Part shown: positions 17,324-24,109 of the stretch, in pieces
Layout: every line of letters begins with the position of its first letter
Position numbering within the stretch: the first letter of the stretch is position 1
NCBI GenBank assembly: GCA_964528605.1
Contig: CAZGSV010000002.1
Location: 14,563-78,562, forward strand
Direction of reading: 5' to 3'
Length of the DNA stretch: 64,000 nt
Source of the DNA: an uncultured Armatimonadia bacterium
Lineage (GTDB): Bacteria > Armatimonadota > Zipacnadia > CAZGSV01
Made by a program: the position numbers and the translations under genes
The notes under the pieces: generated by a model
The model's database searches: none
What the model saw: the letters and a program-made list of their open reading frames with translations, nothing else
Told to the model about the DNA's origin: nothing

Positions 17324-18409
17324 CTATCCGTACTGCGCGACCAACTCGCTTATCCGGCGCAGCCGCTCGACCTCGGCGTCGGGAGGCGTGTTGTCGCCCA
17401 GGCCGATGACCACGCGCCCGGCTGCCTTGGCCATCTCCACGGTCTTCACGACGAAGTCCTCGAACTCCTGCTGCGTGGCCCCGTGGCAGAGCAGCGACGC
17501 CGGTATTGCCCCCTGAATCTTGATGTGGGGCGCGAGCGTCTCCAACGCCTGCTCCAGGCTCACGTCGCCCATGGGCTGCGGCGTGAAGGCCTCGATGATG
17601 TCAATCTCGGAGTCGTTTATCAGCGGCAGCAGCGGCTTGACGAAGCCGTCGAAGTGATACTGGTGCAACTTGCCGCGCGCGTGCAGGATGCGCCCGATCT
17701 CCTGAAAGGCCTCGAGCGCGTAGCGCTTGTACGACTCCGGCCCGATGACCTGCGCGTCCATGTTGCCGCCGGAGCAGACGACCTCGGCCGGGCCTTCCGC
17801 CGCGCAGCGGGCAACCCTGAGCGAGCGCTCATGCTCGGCGTGGAGGTAAGCCTCCAGTTGCTGGCGGTAGTCGGCCAGGGCATACGACAAGCCCACGACC
17901 CCCAGCGAGTACCAAGCCTGCATGATGGGGCAGGCGCTGAGCGTCGTGAGCGCAATGCCACCTTCCCCGACCGCCTTCTCCGCCTCCAAGAAGGACTCGC
18001 CATTCGGCTCGTAGTGAGAGGCCTCGGCGATGTAGGTGGCGACGCGCAGATCGCGAGGCCCCTTGACGAGAAACTCGACCCGCATGCGCGCCTGCGTGAA
18101 GTCGTGGCAGATGCGGTGCACCTCGCGCAGGGAGCCCACCGGCGTTTCGATGATAGTGATGACTTCCTCGCCGATCTCCTCGGTGCGCGATCTCACCTCA
18201 TTGGGCAGGCCCCGACACACCCCCGCTCTCTGCCACAGGCCGCAGCCGAGGTCCCGCTGGATGTCGTGCAACGGCCAGTCCCGGTACTTGGCGGGTATGG
18301 TGCCGCGAGCGCGGTTGACACCGTACCAGTGGTCCATGTTCGCCAGCCAAGGAACGTGGTCGGCGGGCCGGCCGCGGAAGATGGCGAAAACTCTCTCCTT
18401 GGTCGTCAT
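17324..18409 (-). CDS. Uroporphyrinogen decarboxylase (URO-D) family protein, MtaA/CmuA-like.
   Basis: The internal ATG at 18409 (MTTKERVFAIFRGRPADHVPW...) is typical of the URO-D family N-terminus. The product is 362 aa. Confidence 0.7.
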   Translation of the reverse strand: MTTKERVFAIFRGRPADHVPWLANMDHWYGVNRARGTIPAKYRDWPLHDIQRDLGCGLWQRAGVCRGLPNEVRSRTEEIGEEVITIIETPVGSLREVHRICHDFTQARMRVEFLVKGPRDLRVATYIAEASHYEPNGESFLEAEKAVGEGGIALTTLSACPIMQAWYSLGVVGLSYALADYRQQLEAYLHAEHERSLRVARCAAEGPAEVVCSGGNMDAQVIGPESYKRYALEAFQEIGRILHARGKLHQYHFDGFVKPLLPLINDSEIDIIEAFTPQPMGDVSLEQALETLAPHIKIQGAIPASLLCHGATQQEFEDFVVKTVEMAKAAGRVVIGLGDNTPPDAEVERLRRISELVAQYG

Positions 18410-18639
18410 AGGCGCCGATTCTAACCGGCCAAGTCCCGCCTCGCCACTCCTCACCGCCGACTGGCGACTGGCCGCTACCCCTATTGAGTCAGCGCGGCTA
18501 GCGCCCTATACTTGTGGTGGCCGTGCTAGACGGGGAATCGGCGACTCCCTGCCCCGCCTTTGGCGGGGAACCCGAGCGCCCAGCGGGGTCGAATTCCCGA
18601 CCGAGGGGCGAGCCGGTCAGGTCTGACTGAGGCAAGTGG

Positions 18640-18755
18640 CGTTGATGGCTGGGTCCTGCGCAACGAGCGCTCGCGAACCCCGTCAGGTCCGGAAGGAAGC
18701 AGCGGTAAGTGAGAATGCTCGTGTGCCGCAGGGGCGCCTGGCCGGAGCCAACTGC
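18640..18755 (+). ncRNA. ffs: Signal recognition particle RNA (4.5S/ffs, small bacterial type).
   Basis: The universally conserved domain IV motif GUCAGGUCCGGAAGGAAGCAGC is at 18682..18703, followed by GUGUGCCG. The 5' end (gttgatggctgggtcctgcgc) and 3' end (gcgcctggccggagccaac) can pair as helix 5. The length of ~115 nt matches E. coli 4.5S RNA. Confidence 0.6.
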
Positions 18756-18993
18756 TTCAGTAACGCTGCCCGGGGACCCTCGAAGCCGGGTGCACGGCCA
18801 TCAGTGCGAGTGGCGAGTGACCAGTAGCCAGTGATCAACGGACAGTGACCAGAGGGAGGGAAGGGCGCGGCGCGGAATTGCGCGTTCAAGTCTATAGGCG
18901 AGTGCAGCAAGCGGCCCTTCTTCGTCCGCTCTCGGCTGACCTTGCTCCGCGGGCCCACCTTGACCTCCCGCACTACCTGCTCAATCTCCGCCT

Positions 18994-20052
18994 TCAGGAC
19001 CGGATAGCACACCTGGAGGATCTCGCGGCCGCCGAGGTGGGAGTACTCGTGGACGATCGCCATCCGCGTTTGCCGGGCGGCCGAGCGGCCAGCGTGAGAG
19101 GTGGCTGCGCGTGCGTTGTCGGAGGCGACTTGGGCGACGCTGGTGCATAGATGGGCCGGTCCATGGGACGGGTCCGGAGAGTTCCGAGCGCCGCCTCGCG
19201 CAGCCTTTGGCGGGCAACCTCCACGTACTCAGGCACGATCTCCGCGCCGACCCCTCGTCTCCCATGCATAAGGGCGGCGGCCAACGTGGTGCCCACGCCC
19301 ATGAAGGGATCGAGCACCCAGTCGCCGGGCCGCGTCAGTGCAAGTATCAGCCGCTCCACTAGTTCCACCGGGAACTGACAGGGATGGATCGTCTTCTCAA
19401 CGTGGTTGTGCTTCACGTTCGGTATGACCCACACGTCTCCTGGGTTCTTACCGAGGGGATGGCTCGAGAGTTGCCCGGCCTTAGGACCCTTGAAGTACTT
19501 TTTCCGAGGGTACTTCTGCGGCACCCGGATCGCGTCCAGGTTGAAGTGGTACTGGTCGCCCTTGGTAAACCAGAGGATGTTCTCGTAGCGCCCTGAGAGC
19601 CGCTTGGAGCAGTGGAGGCCGTGTTCGAAGTGCCACACTATGCGATTGCGGAGCCTGAAACCGAGTTCCTGGAAGATGGGGTACAAGAGTATGTCGAGGG
19701 GGACTATCTCATTCCGGTCAACGTAGTTGCCGACCTGCCAGCAGATGCTGCCGTCCGCGCGCACCGCGCGGGCGCATTCGCGGATCACTTCCTCCTGCTG
19801 CGCGACATATGTGTCCAGCCTCAAGCGCCGCTCATACGGCTTGCCCAGGTTGTAGGGGGGAGAGGTGATCACCAGGGCTAGAGTCTCTGAGGGGATGGTC
19901 CGCAGGAGCGCTCTGCAGTCACCTTGGAACACGACCAGGTCGGCCGAGCCGTCGAACCGGTCGAGTACCGGAGGCCATTCCGGAGACGGATTGCCAGGAA
20001 ACGCCAGCCGCTCGCCCATGGCCGCGATTATAGCACCGGCGGGCGCGGGCAC
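18994..20052 (-). CDS. DNA methyltransferase (N4-cytosine/N6-adenine, beta class, PF01555-like). It is apparently an orphan.
   Basis: It has the catalytic motif IV SPPY (LVITSPPYNLGK) and the SAM motif VLDPFMGVGTTLAAAL. No restriction endonuclease gene is adjacent. The C-terminal ~60 codons are low-complexity and may be read-through. Confidence 0.8.
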   Translation of the reverse strand: MPAPAGAIIAAMGERLAFPGNPSPEWPPVLDRFDGSADLVVFQGDCRALLRTIPSETLALVITSPPYNLGKPYERRLRLDTYVAQQEEVIRECARAVRADGSICWQVGNYVDRNEIVPLDILLYPIFQELGFRLRNRIVWHFEHGLHCSKRLSGRYENILWFTKGDQYHFNLDAIRVPQKYPRKKYFKGPKAGQLSSHPLGKNPGDVWVIPNVKHNHVEKTIHPCQFPVELVERLILALTRPGDWVLDPFMGVGTTLAAALMHGRRGVGAEIVPEYVEVARQRLREAALGTLRTRPMDRPIYAPASPKSPPTTHAQPPLTLAARPPGKRGWRSSTSTPTSAAARSSRCAIRS

Positions 20053-20140
20053 GCGAGTCCCGAACGGGCGGATCGCCTGCGAGGGCTTCGGAGCCCATCC
20101 TCAGTTTCGCCAGGTCCGGCTTGGATGTTAGAATAGAGTC

Positions 20141-20232
20141 GGAGAGGTGGCTGAGCGGCCGAAAGCGCCCGACTCGAAATCGGGTGGTGGGGTCAAAAGC
20201 CTCACCCGTGGGTTCGAATCCCACCCTCTCCG
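20141..20232 (+). tRNA. tRNA-Ser (anticodon CGA), class II with a long variable arm. CCA is encoded at 20233..20235.
   Basis: The acceptor is GGAGAGG/CCTCTCC, the anticodon stem-loop is CCCGA-CUCGAAA-UCGGG, the T-arm is GTGGG-TTCGAAT-CCCAC and the discriminator is G. Confidence 0.85.
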
Positions 20233-20318
20233 CCACCCAGACGCACCGGCGTCTAGTGCGCACCTTGGCATTGCTCTCACTTGTAGGAGCACGCTCCCGC
20301 GTGCGACCGCGCCAGCGC

Positions 20319-20347
20319 GGAGAGGTGTCCGAGTTGGTCTAAGGAAC
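20319..20347 (+). pseudogene. 5' fragment of a tRNA-Ser gene (acceptor 5' strand plus D-arm only), followed by unrelated repeat-family sequence.
   Basis: GGAGAGGTGTCCGAGTTGGTCTAAGGAAC is identical to the first 29 nt of the intact tRNA-Ser(GGA) 94 nt downstream. It then diverges into the hairpin CCCCGCC-TCT-GGCGGGG followed by TAGG. Confidence 0.5.
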
Positions 20348-20412
20348 CCCGCCTCTGGCGGGGTAGGCGGGCCAGCCGAAGAGAACGCCGCATCGCGAGG
20401 TGTCGAGTCAGC

Positions 20413-20504
20413 GGAGAGGTGTCCGAGTTGGTCTAAGGAACGTGACTGGAAATCGCGTAGGCGGGTTAACCCCTGCCTCGTGGGTTCGAATCCCACCCTC
20501 TCCG
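20413..20504 (+). tRNA. tRNA-Ser (anticodon GGA), class II. CCA is encoded.
   Basis: The acceptor is GGAGAGG/CCTCTCC, the anticodon loop is CUGGAAA, the T-arm is GTGGG-TTCGAAT-CCCAC and the discriminator is G, followed by CCA. Confidence 0.85.
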
Positions 20505-20525
20505 CCATCCGCTCAGGGACAACCA

Positions 20526-20600
20526 ATGTGCACTTCCCAGCAACGCTGGTTCGTCTACATCCTGCGCAGCACCAAGACCGGGCGGTACTACGTTCTCGGC
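20526..20600 (+). pseudogene. Remnant of a GIY-YIG nuclease (YhbQ/UPF0213-like) gene, truncated after ~25 codons by repeat-family sequence.
   Basis: MCTSQQRWFVYILRSTKTGRYYVLG matches the GIY-YIG N-terminal block (fVYILrc.dGslYvG). The expected TxDLxRRLxEH block is replaced by the translation of the CGGGCCGATTAAGAATCGGCCC repeat. Confidence 0.5.
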
Positions 20601-20730
20601 GCCTGGCGGCGTCGCGGGCCGATTAAGAATCGGCCCCTACGTCGCCGGGTCGGCGGGGGGTTCCTACAATGGGCGAGGCGGCGGGTCGCCGGGTTTCCTG
20701 TAGGAGCGGCATTCCTGCCGCGAAGCGACG
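20590..20730. repeat. Composite of GC-rich palindromic repeat-family units (motif CGCGGGCCGATTAAGAATCGGCCCCTACG plus CTGTAGGAGCGGCATTCCTGCCGCGA).
   Basis: The 9-bp-stem hairpin GGGCCGATT-AAG-AATCGGCCC followed by CTACG is nearly identical at ~23631..23660 with similar flanks. The second unit matches 1589..1613. Confidence 0.55.
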
Positions 20731-20927
20731 CCTGCCGGCGTCGTTGACGCGTCGCAGTCTGAAGCCTGCTCTACAAACTGCCCAGAAGACTTGACAGCCA
20801 AGACCGTATCTACAGTGGCCGACATCACCGTATGGCTCCCACGTTCCGGACGTCTCGCGGTGGCGCGCACAGCACTCCTGCTCGGTTCGCTTTCCGCGAA
20901 ACCCGGCGCCCAGGTGTCGCTCAGACC

Positions 20928-21557
20928 CTACGTACTCGGCCCTGCGCTCGTCAGGTACTCCCGATAGGACCGCCAGTGCATCCACAATAGGCTCACAAGC
21001 AGCGATCCCAACGGCACCACCAGCAGCAGCACGTTCTGCACGACGTCGAAGACGCCCACCGCCCAATGCAGCCGCGCGTGCACGGGGTCGGCTCTGATGA
21101 TGGGGTCAATCAGGTAATGCAGGCCCAGGTTGTTGGCTCCGGCCCAGTACGACGTCGGTATCACCAGCGCGATGAGCAGGTACGCCCCCAGGACGAGCGG
21201 GCGCTTGCGCGGAAGCACCGTCCGGGAAGCCTGCTCCACGCTCACGTCCCGGCCGTACCAACAGAAGAGCGCGAAACGCCGGAAGGGATAGCCGGGTTCG
21301 GTGGGGAACAGCGAGCGGTAGTTGCGTAGGTAGTACCATTCGCCCAGGACGAGCGCCGCAACGAACAGCGTCTCGAGGGCGGCGATCATCGTCCAAGACC
21401 AGGGTAGGCCGAGCCGCATCCAGACGTTGGTCACGAAGAGGTTGACCTCGGCGCCCAACTTCGGGTCGAGGAGATAGGTGCTCACCTCGTCGGCGGCCCG
21501 CCCGCCGGCGATGAGGAGCGACATCACGAGCAACTTGCGCCAATCGCCCGGCTGCAT
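20928..21557 (-). CDS. Hypothetical integral membrane protein.
   Basis: It is 209 aa with 5-6 hydrophobic helices and no antisense conflict. Confidence 0.5.
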   Translation of the reverse strand: MQPGDWRKLLVMSLLIAGGRAADEVSTYLLDPKLGAEVNLFVTNVWMRLGLPWSWTMIAALETLFVAALVLGEWYYLRNYRSLFPTEPGYPFRRFALFCWYGRDVSVEQASRTVLPRKRPLVLGAYLLIALVIPTSYWAGANNLGLHYLIDPIIRADPVHARLHWAVGVFDVVQNVLLLVVPLGSLLVSLLWMHWRSYREYLTSAGPST

Positions 21558-21616
21558 CGTTGCCCCGAGTCTACAGGATAGCGGCCGCCTTGTGAGCGGG
21601 ATGGCGCGCGGCGGTG

Positions 21617-23446
21617 CTACCCCTTGACGAAGATGGGAAGCACCGGCGCCCGCGGCTCCAGCCCTGTCACCGTGTTCCCGAGCCAGTCTACCAGGTACTC
21701 ATCCACCTGCGGCTCGCTCGTCGGCCGGAACACAAACCGGACGCCGTCCCAGTCCATGGTGTACTCACCGACGCCGACCTCCGCTTTCTGCCGGAAGCGG
21801 ATGAGGGGGTAGGTTATTGTCAGTTCCTCGCCGGGCGCCGCGCCCTTGAACGCGACATAGTCGCGCCGCCATTCGACCGGCACTTCCCGGGCCCCCCGGT
21901 AGGCCTTGACTCCCGCCGGCTCGCAGGAGGCGCTGTGTCGCTCGGCCGCAGCCCAAGCCGGCGGGCGGACAAAAAAGTCACCGGACCGCTTAGCCGTCAC
22001 GGTCAACCGTCCCTGCTCCGGCAAGAATGAAACGACTCCGGCCGCCGGCGCATCTCGGTCGAGCGAGAGATTCACGAACACGCCATCCTTCGACTCGGTG
22101 ACGGCATTCGTCCACGCGGTATAGAGCGCGCGCATTCCCTCGGGCGGGCAGCAGCCCATCATGTCCATATGGTCCGGCCGGTCAAGCCAGGAGTTGGGGA
22201 GCGTGGAGGCGACGAAGCCGCCCTCGAAGTCGCGCATCATCCGCAAGCCCTCGTCGGCTTTGCTCCCGTGCAGGCGGCGGTAATCCGCCTCGTACTCGGG
22301 CTTGATCGCGAACTGCATCTCGCGCAGGTAGTTGCGCACGCATCTCTCGATCCAGTCCCAGTACTCGGCGTAGCCCGCGCGCGCGAGACAGGCGGCGATG
22401 CTCACGGCGTCGCTCACCGCGCACACCTCGGAGCGACCAGTGTTGAACGCGCGCCCGCCCTTGCGGCCGCCGACCCACTCGGCGACCCAGCCGTAGTCGG
22501 TGGCTTGCGTGCGCAGCATGAACTCGAGCACACGCCGGGCCCACTCGAGGTAGCGCCGTTCTCCGGTCACGGCGCCTAGATGAGCCACGCCCCAGACGGC
22601 GTGGCCGTGCGCGTGCACGTGCTGCAGGAAACTGCCGTCGTCGAGAATGCGATTGTCGCCCAGGTTCCTCTGCAGGTCCGCGATGATGCCGTCCCCCAAA
22701 GCCACGGCGAATTCTCCAGCCTCCTCATCGCCGGTGCACTCCCAGTAGCGGACCACCGGCTCGAGCGTGGAGGGCTGGGTCACAGTGACGAAGGAATCAA
22801 TCCACTTGCCGCTGCGCCAGGGGCCGGTGCCGCCCTCGTAGTAGGCGCGGCCGCCGTCCCAGCTGGCCAAGCCCTTGAGCGCGAGGAAGATCTTCCTTGC
22901 CAGCGCCTTGGCCTGAGAGTCGCCCGTCCGCAGATGAGTCTCAGAAAGGCTAAGGAGCGTCTTGTTCGTGGCCCACACGCTGGCGGCCGGTTCCAAGTCC
23001 TTGAGGTCGGGGATGCAGTAGTGATGCATCGGCACCCAACTGAGGCCGTCCTCGCGCAGGTAACTCAGGATGCGGCGCCGCACGCCCTCCTCGACCTCGC
23101 GCCCCTCGCTGCTGCCGCACATCTCGCGCATGTAGAGGTACTCCCAGTCCATGCGGCAGTCGGTGTCGCCCAGGGTGATGGGGTCCGGGCCCTCGGGCGC
23201 TGGCGGGAGGTTGAGGGGAACTATGCTGAAGCGGCACTCCCAGTCGAGATGCCTGCGCGGGTTGTGCGTCAGGTAATGCATGGCCACGGCTGCCATCTCG
23301 ACAAGATCGAGGTCGCGCGGCGGGTTCTCTTCCGCTAGCGGGCGGACCGCGCTGGGCGCGCTGCCCTTGACCGTTTCAACCGCGCCCACCAACTCGCCGT
23401 TGAAGCTGCGCGGCAGGAGCGCTGCGCGGCCGCGGTTTCCGGTCAT
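21617..23446 (-). CDS. Large (alpha/alpha)-toroid-like glycoside hydrolase candidate (DUF1680/GH127-like beta-L-arabinofuranosidase family?).
   Basis: It is 609 aa. It has an adjacent Cys pair (MDMMGCCPPEG) reminiscent of the Zn/nucleophile Cys-Cys of GH127, and several W/Y-rich helical-hairpin segments. The family call is tentative. Confidence 0.45.
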   Translation of the reverse strand: MTGNRGRAALLPRSFNGELVGAVETVKGSAPSAVRPLAEENPPRDLDLVEMAAVAMHYLTHNPRRHLDWECRFSIVPLNLPPAPEGPDPITLGDTDCRMDWEYLYMREMCGSSEGREVEEGVRRRILSYLREDGLSWVPMHHYCIPDLKDLEPAASVWATNKTLLSLSETHLRTGDSQAKALARKIFLALKGLASWDGGRAYYEGGTGPWRSGKWIDSFVTVTQPSTLEPVVRYWECTGDEEAGEFAVALGDGIIADLQRNLGDNRILDDGSFLQHVHAHGHAVWGVAHLGAVTGERRYLEWARRVLEFMLRTQATDYGWVAEWVGGRKGGRAFNTGRSEVCAVSDAVSIAACLARAGYAEYWDWIERCVRNYLREMQFAIKPEYEADYRRLHGSKADEGLRMMRDFEGGFVASTLPNSWLDRPDHMDMMGCCPPEGMRALYTAWTNAVTESKDGVFVNLSLDRDAPAAGVVSFLPEQGRLTVTAKRSGDFFVRPPAWAAAERHSASCEPAGVKAYRGAREVPVEWRRDYVAFKGAAPGEELTITYPLIRFRQKAEVGVGEYTMDWDGVRFVFRPTSEPQVDEYLVDWLGNTVTGLEPRAPVLPIFVKG

Positions 23447-23609
23447 GCCTCATGCCTCCCTGGTTGCGCTGTAAGTGTCGGGCAAGTAAACCGCGCGGGG
23501 GCCGCAAGCGCAACCCGCCCAGGGCGGCGGCGCCAGGCGCTGGTCCGATGGCCGTCACGCGGCGCTCGTGACTTAAGGCCTGAGCGTTGACAGCGATCAG
23601 ACCGGAAGC

Positions 23610-23720
23610 CTCTCGGCACCTCTCAGTGCCGCGGGCCGATTAAGAATCGGCCCCTACGCCGCCCCGCCAACGGCGGGCCGGTAAGAGGGCCGGTCATCAA
23701 CCCGCCCGCTACTCCGGCTG
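23610..23720. repeat. Repeat-family units within a 660-bp intergenic region.
   Basis: gccgcgggccgattaagaatcggcccctacgccgccccgcc is a near copy of the 20611 unit. GGGTAAACCCGGACGCTA (in reverse at ~23745) matches the GGGTAAACCGCGACGCTACC motif at 48551 and 49836. Confidence 0.5.
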
Positions 23721-24109
23721 GCGCAATCCCTGCCACCCCTCGGTAGCGTCCGGGTTTACCCTCTCTGTTGAGAAGGTGCTACAGGAGAAGCACGCCCGGC
23801 ACGATAGCACCGAAATGTAGCGCCCGGACTCTGTGCCAGGCGCAGAATGTCCGGCAGGGACGCCCTCCTCCGGCGGGCAAGCCGGACGCTACAACCCAAA
23901 GCGGGGGTTGGGAGTGCTTTCAACAGAGCAGGATTACCCCCGACGTGCCATCCCTAATGCGTCCGGCGTAAAGCCGGACCCTGCCGCGAGGGCGGAATGG
24001 GAGGCGTGTCAAACTGGTTACTGCCCCTGGCTTCGCGGGCGGCCGTGATTGACGCTAGACGGCGGCGGGAGTATTGATTCCCCCGAGGAGCACAAAGGAG
24101 GCTTGGGCC

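Noticed and set aside
18560-18585. T-arm-like GGGGTCGAATTCCCGA, considered as a third tRNA or a tmRNA piece.
   Set aside because: No acceptor stem, D-arm or anticodon arm can be built around it. It sits inside a repeat-family hairpin cluster.
18636-18827. 63-aa plus-strand ORF.
   Set aside because: It overlaps the SRP RNA gene. The minus-strand ORF 18683..19063 overlaps it at its 3' end and is treated only as a possible gene remnant.
20128-20526. 132-aa minus-strand ORF containing ERVGFEPT.
   Set aside because: It is a classic antisense translation of tRNA genes (the GGTTCGAATCC T-loop read backwards). It overlaps both tRNA-Ser genes.
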